This document shows positions 12,168 to 29,420 of a stretch of DNA of 64,000 nucleotides, in pieces. Below the pieces are notes generated by a model. It was given only the letters and a program-made list of their open reading frames with translations, was not told where the DNA came from and searched no databases. The DNA comes from the human T2T-CHM13v2.0 reference genome, Homo sapiens. Within the stretch, counting starts at the first letter, position 1; every line of letters begins with the position of its first letter. The translations under genes and the position numbers were made by a program. The stretch lies in NCBI RefSeq assembly GCF_009914755.1, contig NC_060930.1; one strand, 5' to 3'.

Positions 12168-13297
12168 TTTTTTTTTTTTAATTATACTTTAAGTTCTGGG
12201 GTACATGGGCAGAACGTGCAGTTTTGTTACATAGGTATACACATGCCATGGTGCTTTGCTGCACCCATCAACCTGTCACCTACATTAGGTATTTCTCCTC
12301 CCATTGACCCCCACCCCCCAACAGGCCCTGGTATGTGATGTTCCCCTCCCTGTGTCCATGCATTCTCATTGTTCAACTTCTGCTTATGAGTGAGAACATG
12401 TAGTGTTTGGTTTTCTGTTCTTGTGTTAGTTTACTGAGAATGATGGTTTCCAGCTTCATCCATGTCCCTGCAAAGGACATGAGCTTATCCTTTTTTATGG
12501 CTTCATAGTATTCCATGGTGTATACGTGCCACATTTTCTTTATCCAGTCTATCATTGTTGGACATTTGGGTTGGTTCCAAGCCATTGCTATTATGAATAG
12601 TGCAGTAATAAACATACATGTGCATGTGTCTTTATAGTAGAATGATTTATAATCCTTTGGGTATATACGCAGTAACGGGATTGTTGGGTCAAATGATATT
12701 TCTGGCTCTAGATCCTTGAGGAATCACCACACTGTCTTCCACAATGGTGGAACTAATTTACATTCCCACCAACAGTGTAAACGTGTTCCTATTTCTCCAC
12801 ATCCTCTCTAGCATCTGTTGTTTCCTGACTTTTTAATGATCACCATTCTAACTGGCGTGAGATAGTATCTCATTGTGGCCTTGATTTGCATTTCTGTAAT
12901 GACCAGTGATGATGAGGATTTTTTCCTATGTTTGTTGGTTGCATAAATGTCTTCCTTTGAGAAATATCTGTTCATATCCTTTGCCCACTTTTTGATGAGG
13001 TTTTTGTGTTTTTCTTGTAAATTTGTTTAAGTTCTTTGTAGATTCTAGATATTAGCTCTTTGTCAGATTGATAGATTGCAAAAATTTTCTCCCATTCTCT
13101 AGGTTGCCTATTTACTTTGATGATAATTTCTTTGGCTGTGCAGAAGTTCTTTAGCTTAATTAGATCCCATTTGTCAGTTCTGGCTTTTGTTGCCATTGCT
13201 TTTAGTGTTTTAGACATGAAGTCTTTGCCCATTCCTATGTCCTGAATGGTATTGCCTAGGTATTCTTCTAGGATATTTATGGTTTTAGGTCTTACAT
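12168..13297 (-). mobile_element. 5'-truncated L1PA (L1PA7/8-like), 3' end
   Basis: Poly(T), ATTATACTTTAAGTTCTGGGGTACATG 3'UTR, and ORF2 C-terminal peptides in the ORF track (12373-12615, 12972-13376). Confidence 0.92.
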
Positions 13298-14546
13298 TGT
13301 ATTGGGAATTTCTAACGAATAAAATGAAAATGTGAATAGATTTGCATGGTCTCCTAAAGTTTTTGCATATGGACAATTTTTGTTTTGGAAAAAACTTCCA
13401 AAGGACCTCTGTTTCCTAAAATATACTTTGAGAAATGCTAGCAAAATAAGATTTTTAGAGCTGGAATACAATTTGGAGATGACTTATTCTAATCTTAAGA
13501 TTTTGTTATCTAGGGGGACAGCCAAGATGGCCGAATAGGAACAGCTCCAGTCTACAGCTCCCAGTGTGAGCGACACAGAAGACAGGTGATTTCTGCATTT
13601 CCATCTGAGGTACCAGGTTCATCTCATTAGGGAGTGCCAGACAGTGGGTGCAGGTCAGTGGGTGCAGCGCACCATGCAAGAGGCAAAGCAGGGCGAGGCA
13701 TTGCCTCACCCGGGAAGCACAAGGGGTCAGGGAGTTCCCTTTCCTAGTCAAAGAAAGGGGTGAAAAACGGTACCTGGAAAATCAGGTCACTCCCACCCGA
13801 ATACTGCGCTTTTCTGATGGGCTTAAAAAATGGCGCACCAGGAGATTATATCCTGCACCTGGCTTGGAGGGTCCTATGCCCACGGAGTCTCACTGATTGC
13901 TAGCACAGCAGTCTGAGATTAAACTGCAAGGCAGCAGTGAGGCTGGGGGAGGGGTGCCCGCCATTGCCCAGGCTTGCTTAGGTAAACAAAGCAGCCAGGG
14001 AGCTCGAACTGGGTGGAGTCCACCACAGCTCAAGGAGGCCTGCCTGCCTCTGTAGGCTCCATCTCTAGGGGCAGGGCACAGACAAACAAAAAGACAGCAG
14101 TAACATCTGCAGACTTAAATGTCCCTGTCTGACAGCTTTGAAGAGAGCAGTGGTTCTCCCAGCACGCAGCTGGAGATCTGAGAACAGGCAGACTGCCTCC
14201 TCAAGTGGGTCCCTGAGCCCTGACCCCCAAGCAGCCTAACTGGGAGGCATCCCCCAGTAGGGGCAGACTGACACCTCACACAGCCGGGTACTCCTCTGAG
14301 ACAAAACTTCCAGAGGAACATCAGACAGCAGCATTTGCGGTTCACGAAAATCCGCTGTTCTGCAGTCACTGCTGCTGATACCCAGGCAAACAGAGTCTGG
14401 AGTGGACCTGTAGCAAACTCCAACAGACCTGCAGCTGAGGGTCCTGTCTGTTAGAAGGAAAACTAACAAACAGAAAGGACATCCACACCAAAAACCCATC
14501 TGTACATCACCATCATCAAAGACCAAAGGTAGATAAAACCAAAAAG

Positions 14547-15562
14547 ATGGGGAAAAAACAGAGCAGAAAAACTGGAAACTCTAAAAATTAGAGCGCCTCT
14601 CCTCCTCCAAAGGAATGCAGTTCCTCACCAGCAATGGAACAAAGCTTGACAGAGAATGACTTTGACGAGTTGAGGGAAGAAGCCTTCAGACAATGAAACT
14701 ACTCCGAACTACAGGAGGAAATTCAAACCAAGGCAAAGAAATTAACAACTTTGAAAAAAATTTAGACAAATTTATAACGAATAACCAATACAGAGAAGTG
14801 CTTAAAGGAGCTGATGGAGCTGAAAGCCAAGGCTTGAGAACTACGTGAAGAATGCAGAGGCCTCAGGAGCCGATGCGATCAACTGGAAGAAAGGGTATCA
14901 GTGATGGAAGATGAAATGAATGAAATGAAGCAAGAAGGGAAGTTTAGAAAAAAAAAGAATAAAAAGAAATGAACAAAGCCTCTAAGAAATATGGGACTAT
15001 GTGAAAAGAGCAAATCTATGTCTGATCAGTGTACCTGAAAGTGATGCGGAGAATGGAACCAAGTTGGAACACACTCTGCAGCATATTATCCAGGAGAACT
15101 TCCCCAATCTAGCAAGGCAGGCCAACATTCAGGTTCAGGAAATACAGAGAATGCCACAAAGATACTCCTCAAGAAGAGCAACTCCAAGACACATAATTGT
15201 CAGATTCACCAAAGTTGAAATGAAGGAAAAAGTGTTAAGGGCAGCCAGAGAAAAAGGCTGGGTTATCCACAAAGGGAAGCCCATCAGACTAATAGTGGAT
15301 CTCTCAGCAGAAACTCTACAAGCCAGAAGAGAGTGAGGACGAATATTCAACATTCTTAAAGAAAAGAATTTTCAACCCAGAATTTCATATCCAGCCAGAC
15401 TAAGCTACATAAGTGAAGGAGAAATAAAATACTTTACAGACAAGCAAATGCTGAGAGATTCTGTCACCACCCAGGCCTGCCCTAAAAGAGCTCCTGAAGG
15501 AAGCGCTAAACATGGAAAGGAACAACCAGTACCAGCCACTGCAAAGTCATGCCAAAATGTAA
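14547..15562 (+). pseudogene. L1 ORF1p, disrupted
   Basis: ATGGGGAAAAAACAG start and ...GCCAAAATGTAA end. Early TAG (~14589) and further stops/indels. The ORF track shows only the 15001-15336 fragment. Confidence 0.92.
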
Positions 15563-15625
15563 AGACCATCGAGACTAGAAAGAAACTGCATCAACTAATG
15601 AGCAAAATAACTAGCTAACATCATA

Positions 15626-19452
<3,827 letters not shown>

Positions 19453-20589
19453 ACAATGAGAACACATGGACACAGGAAGGGGAACATCACACTCTGGGGA
19501 CTGTTGTGGTGTGGGGGGAGGGGGGAGGGATAGCATTAGGAGATATACCTAATGCTAAATGATGAGTTAATGGTTGCAGCACACCAGCATGGCACATGTA
19601 TACATATGTAACAAACCTGCACATTGTGCACATGTACCCTAAAACGTAAAGTATAATAATAATAAAATAAAAATAAAAAAATAAAAAAAATTTTTTTTAT
19701 CTAAAGTCAGAAAAATAGTTAATGGCAGAGATGAATCTTAAAGCTCAGGCATTCTGAAGCCCAATATAGCTTCTGTCAACCATTTTGTATAACTTACATT
19801 TAAAAATAAATATCTAAAATTATATATGTTTATTATATCAAAACAAAGCCTGGGATTTTAAAGTTTTAATTAAATATAAAATTGATGATCTATCTTTCTG
19901 TTATCTGGATAATACTCTCTAGAATTGTTACATTTCCTTCTTGATCCATAGTAATCCTTTTCATTACTATGCATGCTTTTCATGAGAATAAAGTGTTATC
20001 ATTAGATTTTGGCAATGTCCACCAATGCTGAAAGCAATTCAGAAACAGATGGAGACCAGGAGGTGTATAGATGGCAGGAGTGTGGGGGAGTGGGAGACAG
20101 CAAAGGAGCCATTCAAGTTAAAAATATTGGAACAGCTGAATCAAAGCTGAGCTTTATTAAAGTTTCCAGTTTCTATTATGAAATTTGGAAATGTTACTAT
20201 TCTGTAATTCCTCTAGGGGTTTCTACTTGCCTTTTTTCAGACTGGAGAGGAAATGGCAAGCAGCCTTGTTCTATCATCAGTCCCAGGGAGCTCTTGCATC
20301 TCCAGCCCTCATGCTCTGTGTGTATGCCAGCAAGTTGATAATTCCAAGAAGATGATCTCATGTCAGGCACTTGGGAAAGGTATGAGTTCTAGGACCGGGA
20401 AAATCTTTGTCAGTTCATTCTATTGGGCAACATTGAAGATAACTGTGGCAGTCTTCTCAAATCAATTTCCAGGTGTTTTATCTTCCTTACCTGATATGGA
20501 AACCCCCCCAAAATGCAACAATTAAATGAACCTTTGGAGATGTCTGGGATCTAGTCCAGTGTCTAATAATCATCAGTCTGTGGAGATTT

Positions 20590-20739
20590 CACAGGACCAT
20601 GGGTGAGATTTGAAGGGTCTGAGAACCCCTGAAATAGTACACAAAATTTCTGACCAAGTTCCTTCTTCTGAAAAAGGAGTTTATAATTTCATTAGATTCT
20701 CAAATGGGTTGATATCCCCAAACCATTAAAAACCACTGA
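20590..20739. mobile_element. hAT-Charlie MITE remnant (MER103-like), followed by a MIR fragment
   Basis: GAACCCCTGAAAT...TTTCATTAGATTCTCAAA...AAAAACCACTG terminal signature. Confidence 0.55.
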
Positions 20740-20977
20740 TCTAGTCTCTCCATCCTAGATTACACATTTGAGGAACTGAGTCTCAGAGAGGCTTGAAGAA
20801 TAAAATTATTTAAGAATAAAACTGTACAGTTTTCAGAGGAGATTGGATGTATAGTACTTTTCTAATTCTATTTAAATTAACTATCAAGCATTAAATAAGT
20901 AACTTTTTAAGAAATAATACTTTTCTATATTTGGACATTCAAATTTTGAAGAGACTCTGAGTTCCCTGTGGGATTAG

Positions 20978-21271
<294 letters not shown>

Positions 21272-21286
21272 CAATGTGAGGTTCTT

Positions 21287-21988
21287 TTTTTTTTTTTTGT
21301 TAATTTTTTTAGTATTTATTGATCATTCTTGGGTGTTTCTCGGAGAGGGGGATTTGGCAGGGTCATAGGACAACAGTGGAGGGAAGGTCAGCAGATAAAC
21401 ATGTGAACAAAGGTCTCTGGTTTTCCTAGGCAGAGGGCCCTGCCGCCTTCCACAGTGTTTGTGTCCCTGGGTACTTGAGATTAGGGAGTGGTGATGACTC
21501 TTAAGGAGCATGCTGCCTTCAAGCATCTGTTTAACAAAGCACATCTTGCACTGCCCTTAATCCATTTAACCCTGAGTGGACACAGCACATGTTTCAGAGA
21601 GCATGGGATTGGGGGTAAGGTTATAGATTAACAGCATCCCAAGGCAGAATAATTTTTCTTAGTACAGAACAAAATGGAGTCTCCTATGTCTACTTCTTTC
21701 TACACAGACACAGTAACAATCTGATCTCTCTTTCTTTTCCTCACATTTCCCCCTTTTCTATTCGACAAAACCACCATCGTCATCATGGCCCGTTCTCAAT
21801 GAGCTGTTGGGTACACCTCCCAGCCGCGGTTGCGGCAGGGCAGAGGGGCTCCTCACTTCCCAGACGGGGCGGCCAGGCAGAGGCGCCCCCCACCTCCCAG
21901 ACGGGGCAGCGGCCGGGTGGGGGCTGCCCCCCACCTCCCTGATGGGGCGGCTGGCCAGGCGGGGGCTGCCCCCCACCTCCCGGACGGG
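21287..21988 (-). mobile_element. 5'-truncated SVA (older, SVA_A/B-like)
   Basis: T-tail, SINE-R with older variants (GGTTATAGATTAACAGCATCCC, CAGTAACAATCTGATCTCTC) and a short VNTR. 14-bp TSD AAT(G/A)TGAGGTTCTT (21273-21286 / 21989-22002) at a TTCTT/AA site. Confidence 0.95.
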
Positions 21989-22040
21989 AATATGAGGTTC
22001 TTAATAGTTATTTGTGAGACATTCATAAGTGAGAGGATAA

Positions 22041-22430
<390 letters not shown>

Positions 22431-22513
22431 ACATCTCTTTTTTCCTAGTTACTTACATATACCCATAATGAGGAACAAAACTTGCAAGGAAGTCTCATTT
22501 TGTATATAGATTT

Positions 22514-23020
22514 GGTATCAGTTAGAGTCCAGCTAGGAAACAGTATAACCACTGTAAGTTCTTCAGCAAAGAGAATTTAATAAAGGCAATTGGTCAAACA
22601 GACTATAAAAATGCTCAGCAGCCAAACAGGGCATAATAAGGCAATACAGAGAATGGCAACAGCAACACACTACTCTCTCCATCACATAAGAAAAACAATG
22701 GAAAAACTAATGTTTCAGACCCTAAAATTTTAGAATACCTGGAAAAATTTAGGAGCATGGTAGAGGCTGCAGCTGAGAGCTAGTGTTACAGAAGAAACAT
22801 AGCCATTGCCAGTGGCACCACCAAAGGCAAAAAGAGAGAGGGAAAAATACTCTGGCTTTAGTACTCTTCCACTGCTATCTTCTGCCAGTGCCTGTCATTG
22901 CCAAATCTTCCAGAAAGGCAGAAGATAAGACACCCTGGGAATTGTAGTTCTCTGAAATACAGGACATAATAGGAAATGGGAATATGATTAACCTGAGAGC
23001 CAAAAAACAGTCATATGACA
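22514..23020. mobile_element. Ancient ERVL-class solo LTR (LTR33/LTR41-like)
   Basis: GTATCAGTTAGAGTCCAGCTAGGAAACAG...GAGAATTTAATAAAGG terminal pattern; highly diverged. Confidence 0.55.
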
Positions 23021-23048
23021 TAGATTATAAACTTAATATAAAATGCAA

Positions 23049-24948
23049 GGGCCCCCACACTACCATTGCCACTGCTGCAAATGTCCACACAAAGACTAGC
23101 AACCATGTGCCTGCCAGTGCCCCACCTCAGCCACAAAGCATGCACCATGCTGTACTGCTGCTGCTGCTGCTGCTGGCAAGTGTGAATGAGTATGGATCCT
23201 GCCGCCACTGTCTGATGAAGTGCTTTGGCTGGCACCACCTGAATTCTGGGAACACACTGACCCCTCCGGTACAGCAGATTCCTAACCTTGAAGACCCAGA
23301 GAACAAAGCTGGGGGCCTGTTACCAGTCCCCCCTAGAGTTAGAGAATGCAATTCAGAAGTCCTGAGCTGAGCTTTGGCCCCCTAAAATCTTCCAGAAATG
23401 AAGCCAGTTGACTGAACCCACCTTATACCACAATCAAAACTTCAAGGACATTAAAAGGACAAAGGAAAAACAATCCACCCAAAAGACAGTAATTTCAAAG
23501 ATTGAAGGAACATCAGATCACAAAGATGAGAAAGAATTCTGGCAACTCAAAAAGCCAGAGTCTTCTTATCTGAAATGACTGCACTAGTTCCCCAGCAGCA
23601 GTTCTTAACCAGGCTGACATGGCTGAAATGACAGAAATAGAATGCAGAATGTAGATAGGAATAAAGGTCATTGAAATTTAGGAGAAAGTTGAATCCCAAT
23701 GGAAGGATTCAAAGGAATACAATAAAATGATACAGGAGATGAAAGGTAAAATGGCCTTATAAGAAAGAACCAAACTTATCTGATTGAGCTGATAAATTCA
23801 CTACAAGTATTAATATTTCAGAATACAATTGCAAGTATTAACAGCAGAATCAACCAAGTTGAGAAAAGAACCCCAGAGCTTGAAGACTGGATCTCTGAAA
23901 TAACTCAGACAAAAATAAAGGAAAAGCAACAAAAGGAGGATAAACATAACCTCTGAGAAATATAGGATTTTGTAAAGTGACCAAATCTATGACACATTGG
24001 CATCCCTGAAAGAGAGGGAGAGAAAGCAAGCACCTTGGAAAACGTATTTTAGGATATCATCCATGAAAATTTCCCCAGCCTTGTTAGTAAGCCCAACAGT
24101 CAAATTCAGGAACTGCAGAGAACCCCTGTGAAATACCACACAGAAGACCAATCACAAAACACATAGTTATCAATTTTTTTGAGGTCAAAATGAAAGAAAA
24201 GATATTAAGAGCAGCCAGAGAGAAGGGTTAGGTCACCTACAAAGAGAACTCCATTAGGCTAACAGTAGACCTTCCAGCAAAACTCCTACAAGCTAGAAGA
24301 GTCTGGGGGCTCATATCCAGCATTCTTAAAGAAAAGGAATTCCAACCAAGAATTTCACATATAACCAAACTAAACTTTATAAGTGAAGGAGAAATAAGAT
24401 CCTTTTTCAGACAAGCGAATGCTAAGAGAATTTGTTACCACCAGACCTGCCTTATAAGAGGTCCTGAAGGAGGTGCTAAATATTGAAAAGAAAAACCATT
24501 ACTGGCCACTAAAAAACCACACTTAAATACATAGACCAGTGACACTACAAAGCAACCACACAAACAAGTCTGCATAATAACCAGATAACAACAAGATGAC
24601 AGAATCAAATCTACACATATCAATACTAACCTTAAATGTAAAGTAGCTAAATGCCCCAATTAAAAGTTATAGGGTGGCAAATTGAAAAAAGAAGGAAGAC
24701 CCAATGATATGCTGTGTGCAAGAGCCACATCTCACATGCAATGACACCAATGGACTCAAAGTAAAGGGATGAAGGAAATCTACCAAGCAAATGAAAAACG
24801 GAAAAAAGTAGGGTTGCTATTCTAATTTCAGACAAAACAGACTTTAAACCAACAATGATCAAAAAGATAAAGAAGGACATTAGATAGTGGTAAAGGGTTG
24901 AATTCAACAAGAAGACCTAACTATCCTAAATATATACACACCCAACAA
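23049..24948 (+). mobile_element. L1PREC2/L1PA13-16-like fragment: partial 5'UTR, ORF1 and start of ORF2
   Basis: Degenerate ORF1 (GAAAATTTCCCCAGCCTTG, CAACCAAGAATTTCA) and ORF2 start ATGACAGAATCAAAT (~24596). Stops within the EN domain. Confidence 0.85.
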
Positions 24949-25936
24949 GGGGTGTCTCAGCTCAGCCAGTGGTGTTTCCCTTGGATAGAGGATACAATGT
25001 CAAACCAGCTCTAGGATGTTCAGCTGCTCAGCTCAGCCAGTGCACGGATTCTGCAGGGTGCCATTTGTCAGTATGGCTCAGGCCTGGGTGTCATGACTAC
25101 TCTGGGTGGCCCAGGCACTTTATCCCTGGGATGCAGGTTGGAGCTTTGGCTTAGGTACTATGGTGCATGACTACTCTGGGTGACCAGGCACTATTTCTTG
25201 AGAGGCAGGGCATTGCTTCCATTTAGGCACCTGAGAGGTGTGATTGCTCTGAGTTTCCAAGGTACTGTTTGCTCAGGATGCAGGGTGGTGCTTCAGCTCT
25301 GGCCCAAGGGGATTAGGGGAGAAGTAGGTGGCAACCTCTGGTTGGCCACATGGGAAAGAGTATAACAGATGCTGACAGCTCAGCTTGGGGATGTCAGGCC
25401 ATTTGACTGGGGTGGTTTGGTGGTGGCTTAGCCTCAGGATGAAGGAGAGGCATGGCTACTTGTCTCCAGAGCAAGACACAGTCCAGCTGTAGTTCCACTT
25501 CCAAGATGCTTTGTGCAATAGCCATGTGGGCCACAGAGGGTAGGGCACAGTGTTGGCATCTTTTCTGGAGGGAACATGGCTATGTGGACTCTAGCCAGCT
25601 CACTCAGCTGGGCTTAGTGCCAGTGGCTGTAAAGATTGCAAGTGACTCCAGTGTTGAGGTATGTAGGTGTCCAAGGCGTTGTCGGGGGTTGCTGTTATCC
25701 ACTTGCTTATTGCCTTACCTTGGAAAGAAGTTCCTACAGGTTTCTAGCTTATCTCAGTTGGGGGATGGGATGGTGGTGTCCCGACATTTCCTCTGATTCT
25801 CTGTGTAGCCATCCTGAGTTTCTGTGCTCACCAAGACTTCTGTTACTTCTCTGATGCACTGTGATGCTCTCCTTCAGTTATTTTGTGAGGGGATGAGTGC
25901 TAGGGGCTTCTAGTCTGCCATCTTGCTGATGTCACT
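24949..25936 (-). mobile_element. 5'UTR of an old L1M element
   Basis: GC-richer L1 5'UTR-like sequence ending CTAGTCTGCCATCTTG (YY1 motif CAAGATGGC on the minus strand). Confidence 0.6.
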
Positions 25937-26111
25937 AGTTAGTTGTGGTGACTGGACAAACCAAATAGGTGGGATACAAAGTGAATAATGCTGGTCTCAA
26001 GCAACTTCTAACCCTCTGGTTATTTTTGGCTTCTCCAGCAGAAATCAGAATGTCATCCCTAGGTGGATCGCCACTTTCAGCAATCTATTTTAGCCTTTTA
26101 AGTCCTTTAGG

Positions 26112-26350
26112 AACAGTGTAGTATAGTCAAAAGTGAATGGGTTTTGAACTTAGAAGAACTGGGTTCAAATTTCTGCTCTATAATTGTCTAACTGTTTGAC
26201 TTTGGACTAGGCATATAATCTGCTAGAGTCTTTCTTTTGTTATGTGAAATGAGGAAGATAGTACCTACTATGTAGAGTTGTGAGGATTCAAAATAATTAC
26301 TATAAAACATCTGATCTGAAAGCAGGGCTTAATAAATTGTGGCTATTATT
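26112..26350 (+). mobile_element. MIR
   Basis: CTGGGTTCAAAT...GTGAAATGAGGAAGATAGTACCTAC...GTTGTGAGGATT core. Confidence 0.8.
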
Positions 26351-26769
26351 GTGGATTTATATTTATATTATGGTTATATATAACTCACTATTTATATAAA
26401 TCTCTATATATAGATTTATATGTTATATTATAGTTACCCCACACTGGCTTTATTAGACTTTGGTTGCTGAAGAAAGATTCATTACTTTTGAAAGGAGAGT
26501 TCCGGCCAAAATCTAACTCAAAAAATCCATTTCCCCTCAAGGGTTTCTTTTCACTATTGCAGCTTTCTATAAAGGTTCTTTTAATTTTTGTTGTTGCAGT
26601 TTTCTATGAATTTGGGAGTACTTTGTTGCACATTTTGAAGCAGTGCTGCAGAGCTAAATGGTTGCATTTTTACTTAATGGACCTCCAGAAGGCTAGTACC
26701 AGTTGTGTATCTTCTTCTTCTTCTATTTTTTTTTTTGAAAATTATAGGGTTTTATTGTTTATAAAATTG

Positions 26770-27750
26770 TTTTTTTTTTAAATTTAGATTTGGGGGTAAA
26801 TGTGCAGGTTTGTTACAAAAGTATATTGTGTGATGCTGAAGTATAGGCTTCTAATGATTCCTTTGCCCAAGTAGTGAGTGTAGTACCCAACAGGTAGTTT
26901 TTCAACTCTTGCCTCCCCCTGTCTTTTCCTCCTTTTGGGATCCTCAGTGTTTATTGCTCTTATCTTTGTGTCTGTGTGTAGTCAATGTTTGGCTCCCACT
27001 TATAAGTGAAAACATGTGGTTTTGATTTTCTGTTTTTGTGTCAATTTGTGTAGAATAATGGCCTGCAGCTGCATCCATATTGCTGCAAAGGACATGATTT
27101 CATTCTTTTTTATGGCTGTGTAGTATTCCATGGTGTATATATACCACATTTTCTTTATTCCATCCACCATTGATGGACACCTGGGTTAATTCCATGTCTT
27201 TGCTGTTGTGACTAGTGCTATGATGAACATACAAGTGCAGGGGTCTTTTTGGTAGAACAATTTATTTTCCTTTGGGTATATACCCAGTAATGGGATTGCT
27301 GGGTCAAACGGTAATTCTATTTTTAGTTCTTTGCAAAATCTTTAAAGTGCTTTCCACAGGGGCTAAACTAATTTGCATCCCCACCAATAGTGTATAAGCG
27401 TTCCCTTTTTTCCACAACCTTGCCAATTTCTAATGTTGGACTTTTTGATAATAGTCATTCTGACTGGTGTGAGATGGTATCTCATTATAGTTTTGATTTG
27501 CATAGCTCTGATGGTTAGTGACATTAAGCATTTTTTTCACGTTTATTGGCCACGTGTGTGTCTTCTTTCAACTGTCTGTTCCTGTCCTTTACCCACTTTT
27601 TAGTAGGGTTATTTGTTTTTTCCTTGTTGAATTGTGTAAATTTCTTATAGATTCTGGATATTAGTCCTTTGTTGGACGCAGAGTTTACAAATATTTTCTC
27701 CCATTCTGTAGGTTGTCTGTTTACTCTTTTGACAGGTATTTTTTTCTGTG
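26770..27750 (-). mobile_element. L1PA15/16-like 3' end
   Basis: T-tail, GGGGTAAATGTGCAGGTTTGTTAC...TGTGATGCTGAAG 3'UTR, and ORF2 C-terminal homology. Confidence 0.88.
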
Positions 27751-27950
27751 AAGACTCTAGTTGTTTACATTTTAAAAAGGTGTGAATATGTGAATCAAAG
27801 CAAAATGAAATGTTTCTTAATAACTTGGGACATTCTAAATATGAAATTTGGAAGTAATGCCACCTAAACTACATGTTCTAGGATTATTTAGATTGTTCTG
27901 CTCATTTTCTTTGAGGACACATTTAATCAGCTCTTAAGGATGTTCTTCAT

Positions 27951-28127
27951 TATTATTTTTTATTTTTTTGAGACAGAGTCTCGCTCTGTTGTCCAGGCTG
28001 GAGGGCAATGGCTCACTGCAACCTCTGCCTCCTGGGTTCAAGTGATTCTGCTGCCTCAGCCTCCTGAGTAGCTGGGACTACAGGTGCATGACACCACACT
28101 GGCTAATTTTTGTATTTTTAGTAGAGA
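27951..28127 (-). mobile_element. Truncated Alu (right arm and linker)
   Basis: T-tail followed by GAGACAGAGTCTCGC...TTTTTGTATTTTTAGTAGAGA, then ends. Confidence 0.9.
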
Positions 28128-28951
28128 TCTATTGTATGCATAGGTACCCCAAATTTCTTAATATGCTTCTAAACTTTTTAGTATGGCATTATCAGACTTT
28201 CTGAAGTTATAGGCTTAAAAAATTCCAAATAAGTGATAGAATATTGACTTTGTTAATGTCTGCAGTTCTCACGAGCAAGAACAAGACTATTGATTTGAGG
28301 CTGAGAGTGTAATCTGGAGAAAGAGGAGAGAAAAGTAAAAAATTTAGGAAATACACCTATTTACAAACTGTAATCTCTTTCTTCCTGCACTTTTTTTTTT
28401 AAACCACTTCTTTAATTTCTAATTCTGCATTTTCAGCCATGGATTTGTTACTCTTCCTGTAGGACATCAACTTTATTCTAGTCAAAATTACAAAACACAT
28501 TCTCATGGTATTTCTAAGGTAACCTGTAAATAAATTTGTATAACTTTTCAGTGAACTTCCATTTGTCAAGCATGGAACATAAGGGACAGAGGGAGAGAGT
28601 GAGATAGGGAAGGAGGAAAATAAGGGAGAAAGGGAAGGACCAGGTGATTTCCTACAGTGCCCTGGAAATAAAGTGATGGTAGAATAGCACCTTTAGGTCA
28701 GAACCTTAGCTTTATCTCTGTTTCTGAGCCTCTAGTTTCAGCCTCTCTCTATCCTTTCCCAAATGCTCTTTCCTACATGTAAGCAGATGCAGAATTCACC
28801 ATTGTTTACGGAAAAGCTTAGGAGCACAGCATCTAAACCTCTTTAAAAATGCATTTCAGCCTTTCTTTCTCCTATTACATTCTTCAGTTTGCTTTCTGTG
28901 CCAACCCTATTAGACTTCTAGATGTTTCCTGAAAAGTATATTGTATTTTTT

Positions 28952-29420
28952 TGTATTAGTATTTCAGTAGAAAGCAATACAATCTTGAACTAAAAATGGC
29001 TTAAATAATAAGGACATATATTATTTGGATAACAAAAAGCCCAGTGACAGATGGTGTTGATAATTCAGCTGTGCAAGGACACAGCATTTTAATGTTTAAT
29101 TTGCATTCCATACAGGTCAGCTGTGGCCTTATGTTCATTCCCCAGCCAGGCTTCATACAATCACATCCAAAAAAAGGAGGAGGTTTCTTCCTGGGTTTTC
29201 TTTTCTTTTAAGTCAGAGAGGAAAGTCTTTTCCAAGAAGGCCCCCAGCTAACTTCTCCATAGGTCTCATTTGCTAAAAGTATGTCCATCCTTAAACCTGT
29301 CTTGACAAAAAATCACAGTTTTGTTAATCCCATGTACCTGAGCTGGATCTCACCTCCCTGGAGAGTATTGCTGCCTAAGTTTTGAAAAAGCAGGGGTCTA
29401 ACAGCCAGGATGAAATGGGG
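28952..29420. mobile_element. Ancient MaLR LTR (MLT1J/K/L-like)
   Basis: AATGGCTTAAATAATAAGG...CCCCCAGCTAACTTCTCC...GTCTCATT pattern. Confidence 0.55.

Noticed and set aside
13750-13964. L1 antisense ORF0
   Set aside because: The ATG is present (CAT at 13962-13964), but codon 25 is TGA from CpG decay of CGA, so the ORF is truncated.
23155-23175. (CTG)7 giving poly-Q/poly-L/poly-S ORFs
   Set aside because: A short microsatellite within an L1 5'UTR; the ORFs have no other coding features.
26395-26422. AT-rich inverted repeat ATATAAATCT...AGATTTATAT
   Set aside because: Low-complexity TA sequence; short arms like these are expected by chance.
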